DNA of 64,000 nucleotides from an uncultured Bacilli bacterium (lineage in GTDB: Bacteria; Bacillota_I; Bacilli_A; RF39; UBA660). Shown piece after piece: positions 45,072 to 55,008 of this stretch. A program made the translations under genes and the position numbers. The stretch covers positions 775 to 64,774 of the forward strand of contig CALVIE010000002.1 of NCBI GenBank assembly GCA_944329385.1. The letters run 5' to 3'. The first letter of the stretch is position 1. Every line of letters begins with the position of its first letter. The notes beneath the pieces were generated by a model. It was not told the DNA's origin, made no database searches, and saw only the letters and a program-made list of their open reading frames with translations.

Positions 45072-46127
45072 TTAGAAAATTGTTTTTCCTTTGATTTTGA
45101 TTTTTCTAATTAGATAGGTAATTAATAGAGAAATAAGAAATACTAATATAGCTATGGTTGGGATTGAAATTATTTGATTGAAACTTGTTATTTGGATGAT
45201 TTTGAATTTTAATAAAGTATTTAATACAAGAACGTGAATAATATAAATTCCTAATGTGCAGTTTGAAATAGTTTTAACTTTTTTTTGATATATGCTTTCT
45301 GATTTGAAGTGATGATGTTTGAAAAATAAAAATATAGCACAGGCTTCAAAAAAAGTAAAAACTGAAAAATAATTATAGAAATATTCAACGTTTTTTCCTT
45401 CATAATATGAGGTTATAAATGTTAGAATGGCACAGCATATAACACTTAAAATACCTAATATATATATTGTTTTTCTTTTGTTTTTTGAAATATCAAAATT
45501 ATACATAAAATATCCTAATAAAAAGTAGCTATAGTACTGACATATTATATCAATTGGTAATTTATTTATAATTAAATTTAAATATTTAATATAAGGTATA
45601 AATGAGATTGATGATATTGTTTTTAGAGCACATGAAATCATAAATATAGTAAATAAATATTTAAATATTTTGTTTGTATCTTTATTTTGTGTTATTTTGA
45701 TTAGAATAGGTGAGATTATATAAAGTCCAATAATGGTAGGAATATACCAAAAATGGTATGGACCATTTATGACTGATGTGACAAAATTATATAAACTAAA
45801 GTCTTTATTATTAATAATTATGTCATAAAAATAATAGATTATAGACCAAATAATGTATATTAAAATTAATTTGAAAACATTCTTGAAAAAAATGTTTTTT
45901 ATTTTATTTTCTTTTTTTGGATTTAAGAAGAAAATACCACTTAGCATAACAAAAAGCGGAACGGCACTCCTAACTAAGCTATCGTAAAAATTATAAATAT
46001 TAAAAGCTAATGTATTGCATGGTGTGTTGTACCATTGGTTGCCTGAAACGTGAATAAATATTACCATAAACGCAGCAAGGATTCTAAGTAAGTCTAAGTT
46101 ATAGTTTCTTGTATTTTCTTTTTTCAT
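45072..46127 (-). CDS. Acyltransferase family 3 membrane protein (polysaccharide O-acyltransferase type)
   Basis: NLDLLRILAAFMVIFIHVSG is a typical Acyl_transf_3 N-terminus. The protein has about 10 TM helices. Confidence 0.8.
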   Translation of the reverse strand: MKKENTRNYNLDLLRILAAFMVIFIHVSGNQWYNTPCNTLAFNIYNFYDSLVRSAVPLFVMLSGIFFLNPKKENKIKNIFFKNVFKLILIYIIWSIIYYFYDIIINNKDFSLYNFVTSVINGPYHFWYIPTIIGLYIISPILIKITQNKDTNKIFKYLFTIFMISCALKTISSISFIPYIKYLNLIINKLPIDIICQYYSYFLLGYFMYNFDISKNKRKTIYILGILSVICCAILTFITSYYEGKNVEYFYNYFSVFTFFEACAIFLFFKHHHFKSESIYQKKVKTISNCTLGIYIIHVLVLNTLLKFKIIQITSFNQIISIPTIAILVFLISLLITYLIRKIKIKGKTIF

Positions 46128-46232
46128 ATTGCACTCTCCAGTCATAGTATAACATATTTTTTTAATTAAATAAATTTTGTTCTATGTTTTGTTATTAATG
46201 CGTGGTATAATATTATTGCTTTAGGAGGAAAT

Positions 46233-47171
46233 ATGGAAAAGATTTCTTTAGTTGTTCCGTGCTATAACGAACAGGATGTAATAAAAATTTTTTATGATGA
46301 AATACAAAAGATAAAAAAGGATTTTGAAAATGTCTGCTTTGAAATTATATTTGTAGATGATGGCTCTTTAGATAAAACACTTAATATTATTAGAGAGCTT
46401 TCTGTAAATGATGATGTGAGATATATTTCTTTTTCACGAAATTTTGGCAAAGAAGCGGCGATGTATGCAGGGCTTCATGCGTCTTTGGGAGATTATGTGG
46501 CTATTATGGATGCAGATTTGCAAGATCCTCCGATTTTATTAAAAAAAATGTATGATATATTAAAAGCTGGTGAGTTTGATAGCGTGGCTACTAGGAGAGT
46601 GACGCGTAAAGGCGAGCCTTTAATTAGAAGTTTTTTTGCAAGACTTTACTATAAGATTATCAATAAGATTTCAAAAACAGAGATTGTTGATGGGGCGAGA
46701 GATTATAGACTTATGAATAGGAAAATGGTCGATGCGATTTTAGAAGTTAAGGAGTATAACCGATTTTCAAAGGGCATTTTTTCTTGGGTAGGTTTTAAAA
46801 CAAAATGGCTTGAATATGAAAATGTTGAGAGGGCAGCTAGTGAGTCTAAGTGGTCTTTTTGGAAATTATTTTTATATTCTTTAGATAGTGTAGTGGCTTT
46901 TTCAACTATTCCACTTTCTATTGCTTCTGTGATGGGAATACTTTTTTGTTTTATTTCGTTTTTGATTATTTTGTTTGTGATTGTAAGAACTTTGATATAT
47001 GGAGATCCGACTAGTGGATGGCCAAGTATGGTTTGTATTATGTTTTTTATTGGTGGTGTGCAGCTGCTTTGTATTGGAATTATAGGACAGTATTTATCTA
47101 AAACTTATTTAGAGGTTAAAAAAAGACCAATATATGTTGTTGCAGAAACTGAGAAAGATAGGGTGGACTGA
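46233..47171 (+). CDS. GT2 polyprenol-phosphate glycosyltransferase (GtrB/CsbB-like)
   Basis: ISLVVPCYNE, VDDGSLD and MDADLQDPP motifs, with two C-terminal TM helices. Confidence 0.85.
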   Translation: MEKISLVVPCYNEQDVIKIFYDEIQKIKKDFENVCFEIIFVDDGSLDKTLNIIRELSVNDDVRYISFSRNFGKEAAMYAGLHASLGDYVAIMDADLQDPPILLKKMYDILKAGEFDSVATRRVTRKGEPLIRSFFARLYYKIINKISKTEIVDGARDYRLMNRKMVDAILEVKEYNRFSKGIFSWVGFKTKWLEYENVERAASESKWSFWKLFLYSLDSVVAFSTIPLSIASVMGILFCFISFLIILFVIVRTLIYGDPTSGWPSMVCIMFFIGGVQLLCIGIIGQYLSKTYLEVKKRPIYVVAETEKDRVD

Positions 47172-49714
47172 TGAGAAAGATTTTATGGATTTGTTTATTT
47201 AGTTTTATATCGATGTTTATGTTTAATTTTTCGGCCAAAGCTTTAGATGGTGGTCAAACGATAGAAGATGGAACTTATGTTATAAAAAGTGCATTAAATG
47301 AGAATATGGTTTTAGATGTTGCTTATAAATCGGTTTCTAATGGAGCGAATGTTCAACTTTTTAATTATACAGGAGCTTCTAATCAAAAGTGGAACGTTAA
47401 GTATTTGAATAATGGATATTATTCTATTAAAACAGCGATGAGTGATAGTATGTCACTTGATGTATTTTGTGCGAGTACTTTACCTGGGGCGAACGTGCAA
47501 TTATTTACGTATAAAGGTGGAGATAATCAGCAGTGGATTATTAAAGATGCAGGAGATGGATATTATTATATTGTAGATAAGAACAGTAAAATGCATTTAG
47601 ATGTTTATAAAGGATCTTCTAGTAATGGGACGAATATTCAAGTGTTTACGCCTAGAACAACCGTTAATCAAAAGTTTAAGTTTGAAAAAGAAGTTATAGA
47701 AGAACCTGTAAAAACGATAGAAGATGGAACTTATGTTATAAAAAGTGCATTAAATGAGAATATGGTTTTAGATGTTGCTTATAAATCGGTTTCTAATGGA
47801 GCGAATGTTCAACTTTTTAATTATACAGGAGCTTCTAATCAAAAGTGGAACGTTAAGTATTTGAATAATGGATATTATTCTATTAAAACAGCGATGAGTG
47901 ATAGTATGTCACTTGATGTATTTTGTGCGAGTACTTTACCTGGGGCGAACGTGCAATTATTTACGTATAAAGGTGGAGATAATCAGCAGTGGATTATTAA
48001 AGATGCAGGAGATGGATATTATTATATTGTAGATAAGAACAGTAAAATGCATTTAGATGTTTATAAAGGATCTTCTAGTAATGGGACGAATATTCAAGTG
48101 TTTACGCCTAGAACAACCGTTAATCAAAAGTTTAAGTTTGAAAAAGAAGTTATAGAAGAACCTGTAAAAACGATAGAAGATGGAACTTATGTTATAAAAA
48201 GTGCATTAAATGAGAATATGGTTTTAGATGTTGCTTATAAATCGGTTTCTAATGGAGCGAATGTTCAACTTTTTAATTATACAGGAGCTTCTAATCAAAA
48301 GTGGAACGTTAAGTATTTGAATAATGGATATTATTCTATTAAAACAGCGATGAGTGATAGTATGTCACTTGATGTATTTTGTGCGAGTACTTTACCTGGG
48401 GCGAACGTGCAATTATTTACGTATAAAGGTGGAGATAATCAGCAGTGGATTATTAAAGATGCAGGAGATGGATATTATTATATTGTAGATAAGAACAGTA
48501 AAATGCATTTAGATGTTTATAAAGGATCTTCTAGTAATGGAACGAATATTCAAGTGTTTACACCTAGGACAACCGTTAATCAAAAGTTTGAATTTGTATC
48601 TACAGATGTGAATGTGGATGAACCGGTTTTTGAAGATGGTGTTTATAGTTTATCACCTGTTTTGAATGAAAATAAGAATTTTGATGTTGAGGCTAAATCT
48701 AGATTGAATAATACAGCAGTTTCTTTATTTGATATTACAAATGATAATAATCAGCTTTGGTATTTAGAATATGTTTCTGAAGGTTATTATAGAATAAATA
48801 GTGCGATGAATCCTGAACTTTCTTTGACTGTATTTAATGGCAGTTTAGTGATTTCTAAGTATAGTGGTTCAAACGATCAATTATGGAGATTTAAGCTTTT
48901 AGGCAATGGGGAAGTTTCTATTATTTCTAAGGCTAGTGAGCTTTATTTATCTTTGGAAAGTTCTTCGGCGGCAAACAATACTAAAATTATTTTATCTGAT
49001 GGTAGTATGGATGATACACAAAAGTTTGTTTTAAAAAGTTATAATGAGAAAAAAGTTTATAACGGGATTGATATTTCTTATTATCAAGGAGATATAGATT
49101 GGCAGGCCTTATCAGTTTCTGGAGTTGAATTTGTTATTATAAGAGCTGGTTATGGAAGCGATTGGACTTTTCAAGATGATGTGAAATTTTTAGAGTATGT
49201 TGCTCAATGTGAAAAATATAATATTCCATACGGTTTATATTTGTATTCTTATGCGAGTAATATAGATAATGGTAATCAAAGTGCACAGTCAGAAGCTAGA
49301 CACATGCTTAGATTAATTGATGAAATTGAGAAAAACAATTATTCTCCAAATTTAGGAACTAAGGTTTTTATTGATATGGAAGATAGTAGTGTTGTAAGTG
49401 TTGGTAAGGATATGCTTACGAAGGTATCTGATACTTTTTGTTCAATTATTGAAAGTAATGGATATGGCTGCGGAGTTTATGCAAATAAGATATGGCTTAC
49501 TAATAATTTAAATGCTTCTTTTCTTGCAAGTAAATACGATATATGGCTTGCGGAGTGGCTTCCTGTTTTAAATCCTACTTTTAATTATGCAAGACAGCAA
49601 AAACCAACTTATAATTTAACAGATTATAAAATTTGGCAATTTGCTTCTGATGGTATTGTTGATGGAATTTCTGGCAATGTTGATGTTGATTTAGGATATG
49701 ATATTTTTGAGTAA
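47171..49714 (+). CDS. Secreted GH25 muramidase with four ricin-B (QxW)3 lectin modules
   Basis: A signal peptide is followed by three near-identical 152-aa beta-trefoil units (NQKW / NQQW / NQKF) and one divergent unit. The C-terminal GH25 domain reads GIDISYYQGDIDWQALSVSGVEFVIIRAGYG. Confidence 0.85.
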   Translation: MRKILWICLFSFISMFMFNFSAKALDGGQTIEDGTYVIKSALNENMVLDVAYKSVSNGANVQLFNYTGASNQKWNVKYLNNGYYSIKTAMSDSMSLDVFCASTLPGANVQLFTYKGGDNQQWIIKDAGDGYYYIVDKNSKMHLDVYKGSSSNGTNIQVFTPRTTVNQKFKFEKEVIEEPVKTIEDGTYVIKSALNENMVLDVAYKSVSNGANVQLFNYTGASNQKWNVKYLNNGYYSIKTAMSDSMSLDVFCASTLPGANVQLFTYKGGDNQQWIIKDAGDGYYYIVDKNSKMHLDVYKGSSSNGTNIQVFTPRTTVNQKFKFEKEVIEEPVKTIEDGTYVIKSALNENMVLDVAYKSVSNGANVQLFNYTGASNQKWNVKYLNNGYYSIKTAMSDSMSLDVFCASTLPGANVQLFTYKGGDNQQWIIKDAGDGYYYIVDKNSKMHLDVYKGSSSNGTNIQVFTPRTTVNQKFEFVSTDVNVDEPVFEDGVYSLSPVLNENKNFDVEAKSRLNNTAVSLFDITNDNNQLWYLEYVSEGYYRINSAMNPELSLTVFNGSLVISKYSGSNDQLWRFKLLGNGEVSIISKASELYLSLESSSAANNTKIILSDGSMDDTQKFVLKSYNEKKVYNGIDISYYQGDIDWQALSVSGVEFVIIRAGYGSDWTFQDDVKFLEYVAQCEKYNIPYGLYLYSYASNIDNGNQSAQSEARHMLRLIDEIEKNNYSPNLGTKVFIDMEDSSVVSVGKDMLTKVSDTFCSIIESNGYGCGVYANKIWLTNNLNASFLASKYDIWLAEWLPVLNPTFNYARQQKPTYNLTDYKIWQFASDGIVDGISGNVDVDLGYDIFE
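47258..48625 (+). repeat. Three tandem 456-bp repeats inside the muramidase gene
   Basis: The units start at 47258, 47714 and 48170. Units 1 and 2 look identical by eye, and unit 3 diverges only in its last ~60 nt. Confidence 0.9.
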
Positions 49715-49717
49715 TAT

Positions 49718-49739
49718 CTATCCTTTTTTTGACTTTTAT
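49718..49739 (+). repeat. Left 22-bp direct repeat
   Basis: Exact match to 56450-56471. It starts 4 nt after the muramidase stop. Confidence 0.9.
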
Positions 49740-49934
49740 GTAATAGGAAAGTTATACTTCTTATTGAATATGGATTAAGTTAATTATTTTTTATATATTG
49801 ACATAATAAAATCGTTTCATTTATTATATAATAAATGAAAATGTTTATAATTGTTGCTATTTTTAACAAGTTGTGATAGTATAATTGGCAGTGAAAAATT
49901 ATTTGTGGGTTATTTGAAGTTTTGTATTAACTAT

Positions 49935-49951
49935 TATATACACAACATAGG
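49935..49951. repeat. Left arm of the inverted repeat bracketing the precursor gene
   Basis: tatatacacaacatagg is complementary to 50153-50170 (cctatgttgtgttatata) with a one-base bulge. Confidence 0.8.
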
Positions 49952-49992
49952 TTTATGTTTATATATATAATCTGTAAAGGGGGAATGTATCG

Positions 49993-50127
49993 GTGAAAAA
50001 AGCAATTTTAAAAAATGATATTGTGAAAAACTTGAAAACAAAAATTTCTTCTAAAAAAATTAAAATTTCTTTTGGAAATAAAATCGGATTAGGGTACGAC
50101 GGTTGTGGTACTCATACACATAAGTAA
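49993..50127 (+). CDS. Candidate RiPP precursor peptide (44 aa)
   Basis: GTG start 8 nt after RBS aaaggggga. The peptide is MKKAILKNDIVKNLKTKISSKKIKISFGNKIGLGYDGCGTHTHK: a Lys-rich leader and a Gly/Cys/His C-terminal core. It lies 55 nt upstream of a rSAM/SPASM gene and is absent from the ORF track because it is too short. Confidence 0.6.
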   Translation: MKKAILKNDIVKNLKTKISSKKIKISFGNKIGLGYDGCGTHTHK

Positions 50128-50152
50128 AAATCTTATTAATTAATCATATTCC

Positions 50153-50170
50153 CCTATGTTGTGTTATATA
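50153..50170. repeat. Right arm of the inverted repeat bracketing the precursor gene
   Basis: See 49935-49951. It ends at the RBS aggagg of the maturase gene. Confidence 0.8.
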
Positions 50171-50182
50171 GGAGGTAATTTG

Positions 50183-51775
50183 ATGCGAACTTCTTGGTTG
50201 AGTCGTGAATATGAAAAATCTAAAAATGTTGTTTCAAAAAAAGTTGATAACAATGAATATTTGTTAAAAAATGAAAAAACTGGTGTAGAAATTATTTTAT
50301 CCAGTGAAGAATTTGATAAATATAATTCTAATCAGTTTAATGAAATTGAATGGGAAAGATTATTTTTAAAAGGATTAGCTATTGATAAGAATTGTGATAC
50401 GTTTGAGGTTAGTTCTGATTTTAATTTAGAAAATAAAAAATTTATACATTCTAAAAAAGTCGCTTCATTTCCTTTAAAAGTAGGTAATGAGAAATTTGAA
50501 ATTCTTATAAATCCAGATTTGGGCTCTTGGATGGCTTTTACTGAAGAAGAATTTAAAAATTATGAAAATAATAATTTATCACAAGATGGGTGGTTAAGTT
50601 TATTTATAAGAGGCCTTGCTAATACTGAAGATAATATGGAAATTGATTTAGACTTTCCTATTCCTGCTGAATATCCTAGTGTAATAGTAGTTAATATTAC
50701 CACAGGCTGTAATTTAAGATGTAAATATTGTTTTGCTGATTGTGGACCTTTTAAAGGCGAAGATATGACTGAGGATGTAATGGATGCTACAATAGATAGT
50801 ATGTTATCAATGCCACAGATTAAAGTTGTAACTTTTGAGTTTCAAGGTGGAGAGGCTTCTACGAATGTAGCAGGTATGAGAACTTTTATTGAAAAAGTTG
50901 AAAAGGTTAAAAACAAATATGATAAATTAGTAAAATATAGAACAGAAATTAATTGTGTTTCTGTCACAGATGAATTAATTAAATTGGTAAAAGATTTTAA
51001 TGTTAGTGTTGGAATTAGTTTAGATGGTCCTAAATATATGACAGATAAGACTCGAGTAGATATTAATGGTATTGGTGCGTATGATAGGATTATGAGAGGA
51101 ATTAAAAAATTGCGTGATAATGGAATATATATAGATGGCGCAGTATGTACTGTCGGACAACACAATGTTCATTATCCGAAAGAATTAATGGAATTTTTTG
51201 ATGAATTAGGTATGAATTTTAAACCTAGACCAGTTAATATATTAGGTAGGGAAAAAGAAAATCATTTAACAACTAGGCCTGGTGAATGGGCCAAATGCTT
51301 TAAAGAAATGCACAAGATGAAAAATGATGTAGATGTTGAAAATTATTCTGTACATATATTTGAAGAAAACGTTTATACTCCAATTCGTGATTATATTTGT
51401 TTACGTTATCCATGTGGAGCAGCTAGGGAACTTGTTTCTGTGAATCCTAATGGTGATGTTTTCCCTTGTGATGGATTTAAAGGTGAGAAAAAATTTGTTA
51501 TGGGTAATGTACTTAATGAAAAAATCGAAGATATGTTGAAAAAACCTGAAATCGTTAAGTTAAGAAATAGAACAGCTCAAACTATTAAAAAATGTAGTAC
51601 TTGTATTTTTAGGGGGATGTGTTGTTCTTGTTGTTATTCTGCTTATGGAGAATTTGGAGATATATATAGGGAAGATCCTCAATGTGTTGATAGACGTCAG
51701 ATGTATGTATATTTAATCCAATCATGGATAGAAGAAAATGTATTAGAAAAAGGAAAAGACAGGGTAAATGTATAA
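50183..51775 (+). CDS. Radical SAM/SPASM peptide maturase with a duplicated N-terminal RRE-like module
   Basis: CxxxCxxC is present as GCNLRCKYC. The SPASM Cys clusters are CGAARELVSVNPNGDVFPCDGF and CSTCIFRGMCCSCCYS...QCVDRR. The N-terminal ~165 aa contains two similar ~55-aa units (...SSEEFDKYNSNQFNEIEWERLFLKGLA and ...TEEEFKNYENNNLSQDGWLSLFIRGLA). Confidence 0.85.
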   Translation: MRTSWLSREYEKSKNVVSKKVDNNEYLLKNEKTGVEIILSSEEFDKYNSNQFNEIEWERLFLKGLAIDKNCDTFEVSSDFNLENKKFIHSKKVASFPLKVGNEKFEILINPDLGSWMAFTEEEFKNYENNNLSQDGWLSLFIRGLANTEDNMEIDLDFPIPAEYPSVIVVNITTGCNLRCKYCFADCGPFKGEDMTEDVMDATIDSMLSMPQIKVVTFEFQGGEASTNVAGMRTFIEKVEKVKNKYDKLVKYRTEINCVSVTDELIKLVKDFNVSVGISLDGPKYMTDKTRVDINGIGAYDRIMRGIKKLRDNGIYIDGAVCTVGQHNVHYPKELMEFFDELGMNFKPRPVNILGREKENHLTTRPGEWAKCFKEMHKMKNDVDVENYSVHIFEENVYTPIRDYICLRYPCGAARELVSVNPNGDVFPCDGFKGEKKFVMGNVLNEKIEDMLKKPEIVKLRNRTAQTIKKCSTCIFRGMCCSCCYSAYGEFGDIYREDPQCVDRRQMYVYLIQSWIEENVLEKGKDRVNV

Positions 51776-52406
51776 TAGGTTTGTTGTAGATGGTAGAAAT
51801 GTTGGAAAGACAACATTTCTACTTTCTGAAATAGAGAAAAATATGTCTGAGAATAGTAGAATTATTGTATTGGATTCTGCTACTGAACATGAGGATAAAT
51901 CATTATTAAAAAAAGTTGAAAAAAAATATGATGATGTGGTGGTTTTTTCGCCTAATGATATAAATGATATTGTGTTAAACCATATTAATATAGATGAATT
52001 TATTCAAAATTTTAGTTCTTATTATCCATATGATGAAATCGTAAAAAATAAGAATAAATTAATTTGTTTTGACTTGTCTTATTTTCTAGAGTTTGCTCAT
52101 ACAATTTATGATGAAACTAATAATGAAGAATTATATAAATATTATAGGTCATGTTATAATTTTTTATCTGAACAGATTGTACTTGTCATTATTTTGATGA
52201 AAAAATATGATATAATTGATACGAATTTGGTTGTTATGGATGAACTGGAGTTTCCTATAACAACTTATGATATTTCTTGTTTTCAAGAAAATATATCGTT
52301 TTTAGCTTCTGTTCACCCAGAAAATTCTTTTGGAAGTTTTTACAAAAGTTTTGAACCAGCTGATTTTAAGCCTTATAAACCTTATGTTAAGAGAAAGGAA
52401 TGTTAA
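51768..52406 (+). CDS. Small P-loop NTPase, unknown family
   Basis: Walker A DGRNVGKTT and Walker-B-like LVVMDELEF. It overlaps the maturase gene by 8 nt. Confidence 0.55.
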   Translation: MYNRFVVDGRNVGKTTFLLSEIEKNMSENSRIIVLDSATEHEDKSLLKKVEKKYDDVVVFSPNDINDIVLNHINIDEFIQNFSSYYPYDEIVKNKNKLICFDLSYFLEFAHTIYDETNNEELYKYYRSCYNFLSEQIVLVIILMKKYDIIDTNLVVMDELEFPITTYDISCFQENISFLASVHPENSFGSFYKSFEPADFKPYKPYVKRKEC

Positions 52407-52407
52407 T

Positions 52408-54489
52408 ATGAATTTGACACCTGAACAATTAGAAGAAGAAAAAAAATACTTAGAAGAAGTAATGAAAGTAGTTAAAGAATTATATGATAAAAATAGTGAT
52501 TCTATTGATAGTCAGATTGATTCCATACAAGAATTAAAAAAATATATATGGGATAATATTTCTGAATTAGATGATATGGAAGTCGCTGGAGAAATGTATA
52601 ATGTTAATACAAATGTGGGATATGCAAATAAAAGAATAGCTAATTTACAACAATTGAGAAAATCTTTATATAGTCCTTATTTTGGTCGAATTGATTTTAA
52701 ACGTGATAAAGCTAGAAGTAATAAACCTAAAAAAATATATATTGGTTTAAATGGAATATCTAAGGATATGAATCATTTTGTATTTGATTGGAGAACTCCT
52801 ATTGCTAGTTTGTTCTATAATTATGGTATTGGTAATGCTTCTTATGAAGCTCCAGTTGGTACTATAAGCGGAGAAGTTACTTTAAAAAGACAATATAAAA
52901 TTACTGATGGGCAATTAGAAAGATGTTTTGAAAGTGATTTGAATATTGATGATGAATATTTGCAGGAAATTTTATCTAATGCTTCTTCTGAAAAAATGAC
53001 TAATATTGTTAAAACTATCCAAAAAGAACAGAATGTTATTATTAGAAATGTTGTTGATAAATATTTAATTGTGCAAGGTATTGCTGGGAGTGGTAAAACA
53101 TCAGTCGCATTACATAGAATAGCTTATTTATTATATGCTGAAAAGGATTTAACTTCTAATAATGTTTTGATTTTTTCTCCCAATGATGTATTTTCTGAAT
53201 ATATTTCGAATGTTTTACCTGAATTGGGGGAGGATAATGTTCTGCAAACTACGTTTAGTGATTTTGCTAAATCTTATATTAAGGATTATAAAAATATAGA
53301 AAGTTTTACTGAGTTTATAGAACGTTATTATAAGAATGAAAATTTTGATGAAGAAGAATTTAGAATAATAAAATATAAGTTATCTAATGAATTTAAAAAA
53401 AATTTAGATGAAGCTATTGTGGCTTATAAAAATGGTTTATCATTTAATCATGGATTTATAATTAATGATAAGTTTATTTCTAAAGGTGAATTAAATCAGT
53501 TATTTAATGAAAAATTGTCACGTTTACCAATTCCAGAAAGATTTGATGTTTTAGCTGAAAATTTATGTGATATATCTGGAGTTCCTTATAAAAAATATGA
53601 AAAAACAATTAAAAAACATTTACTTGAAATGATTTCTGGGCAATTATCAATTAAAGATTTGTATGTATCTATTTTAAATTCTGATAATTTTAAACAGAAA
53701 GTTGAAGTTTCAAAAGAGATTGAACTTAAAAAAGGAAAAAAATTGATGTTTGAGGATCTTTTACCATTACTTTATATAAATTTTGAAATTAATGGTTATC
53801 CTAGAGGTAATTCAATAAAGCATATTATAATTGATGAAGCCCAAGATTATACTAAATTACAAATTAGTATGTTGAAGAAAATTTTTACTAAGGCTTCATT
53901 TACAATTTTAGGTGATGTGAATCAAACTATTAATCCTTATTATATGTATGGTTCTTTGAATGAAATGAATTCTATTTTTGATAATGAAGGCCGTTATATT
54001 GAGTTAAGTAAGACATATCGTTCTAGTGAAGAAATTATAGATTATACAAATGAAATTTTGGGTATTAATAATGCTTGTTCTGTTAGAAAATCTAATTCTA
54101 TTCCAGTTACTGTTGAGGATATTGAATCTTATGATCTAGTTAAAAAATTAAAATTAGAGATTGATCGTATGACATCAATTGATTTAAAAAGAGTAGCAAT
54201 TATTACTAAAAATAATGCGCAAGCTTTAGATATTTATAATAAATTAGAAAATGAAGTAGAAGGGATTACTTTAATTGATGGAATTTCTGAACAAAAAATT
54301 GGTCGAATTGTTGTTTTACCTTCTTATATTTCTAAAGGATTAGAATTTGATGGTGTTATAGTTTATACTGATGATGAGCATAAATATAATGATAAAGATA
54401 AATATTTGTTCTATGTTGTATGTACAAGAGCTCAGCATTGCTTAACAATATTTAATCAAAAAGCAATGAAAAAGACTATTAATAAATGA
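52408..54489 (+). CDS. HelD-like UvrD/Rep superfamily-1 helicase (RNA polymerase-associated type)
   Basis: An N-terminal coiled coil precedes the signature SPYFGRIDF...IYIGLNGI...VFDWRTPIASLFYNY. Walker A is GIAGSGKTSVALHRIAYLLY, followed by IIIDEAQDY and a C-terminal VVCTRAQH. ATG at 52408 follows RBS aaagga. Confidence 0.8.
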   Translation: MNLTPEQLEEEKKYLEEVMKVVKELYDKNSDSIDSQIDSIQELKKYIWDNISELDDMEVAGEMYNVNTNVGYANKRIANLQQLRKSLYSPYFGRIDFKRDKARSNKPKKIYIGLNGISKDMNHFVFDWRTPIASLFYNYGIGNASYEAPVGTISGEVTLKRQYKITDGQLERCFESDLNIDDEYLQEILSNASSEKMTNIVKTIQKEQNVIIRNVVDKYLIVQGIAGSGKTSVALHRIAYLLYAEKDLTSNNVLIFSPNDVFSEYISNVLPELGEDNVLQTTFSDFAKSYIKDYKNIESFTEFIERYYKNENFDEEEFRIIKYKLSNEFKKNLDEAIVAYKNGLSFNHGFIINDKFISKGELNQLFNEKLSRLPIPERFDVLAENLCDISGVPYKKYEKTIKKHLLEMISGQLSIKDLYVSILNSDNFKQKVEVSKEIELKKGKKLMFEDLLPLLYINFEINGYPRGNSIKHIIIDEAQDYTKLQISMLKKIFTKASFTILGDVNQTINPYYMYGSLNEMNSIFDNEGRYIELSKTYRSSEEIIDYTNEILGINNACSVRKSNSIPVTVEDIESYDLVKKLKLEIDRMTSIDLKRVAIITKNNAQALDIYNKLENEVEGITLIDGISEQKIGRIVVLPSYISKGLEFDGVIVYTDDEHKYNDKDKYLFYVVCTRAQHCLTIFNQKAMKKTINK

Positions 54490-55004
54490 AAAAGAAAACA
54501 AATTGCGGTAGTTCTTGCGTAAAATATGTTTTAAATGCTCAAAATTTATCAATAGACAATGTTAATGATGATATGTATTGGATTAGTGAATTAGCTTTAT
54601 CTTTGAAGAAAAATAGCATTAATAATTTGGAAGTGTTTTTCTTTAATAGTTCATTGTATAGTGGGTATGTAAATGATTATGATCCAAATTTTATAGGCTT
54701 TAAGTTGCTTGATGAACTGATTAATGAAAATATAAAATTATCAGAAAGAAAACTTTCTATTAAAGAGTTGATAAAAGAAATTAATGATAGCCAATTTATT
54801 ATTTTATGTGTTGAATCTAGTAAATTTAATCATAACAAAAATATGAGTGGTGGACATTTTGTTATTATCAGTAAAATGGAAGGAAATCTTGTGCAAATAA
54901 TAAATCCTATTAAAGACAAATATGAAATAAAAACAATGTCGAAAAGATTTATAGTAAATTGTTGTAAACATTATGGATCTTGGCGAATATTAATAAAGGG
55001 GTGA
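54486..55004 (+). CDS. Standalone peptidase C39-like (papain-fold) protein
   Basis: An N-terminal Cys motif TNCGSSCVKYVL and a distal His motif GGHFVIISKMEG...IINP. There is no fused ABC transporter. It overlaps the helicase gene by 4 nt. Confidence 0.6.
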   Translation: MKKKTNCGSSCVKYVLNAQNLSIDNVNDDMYWISELALSLKKNSINNLEVFFFNSSLYSGYVNDYDPNFIGFKLLDELINENIKLSERKLSIKELIKEINDSQFIILCVESSKFNHNKNMSGGHFVIISKMEGNLVQIINPIKDKYEIKTMSKRFIVNCCKHYGSWRILIKG

Positions 55005-55008
55005 TATA

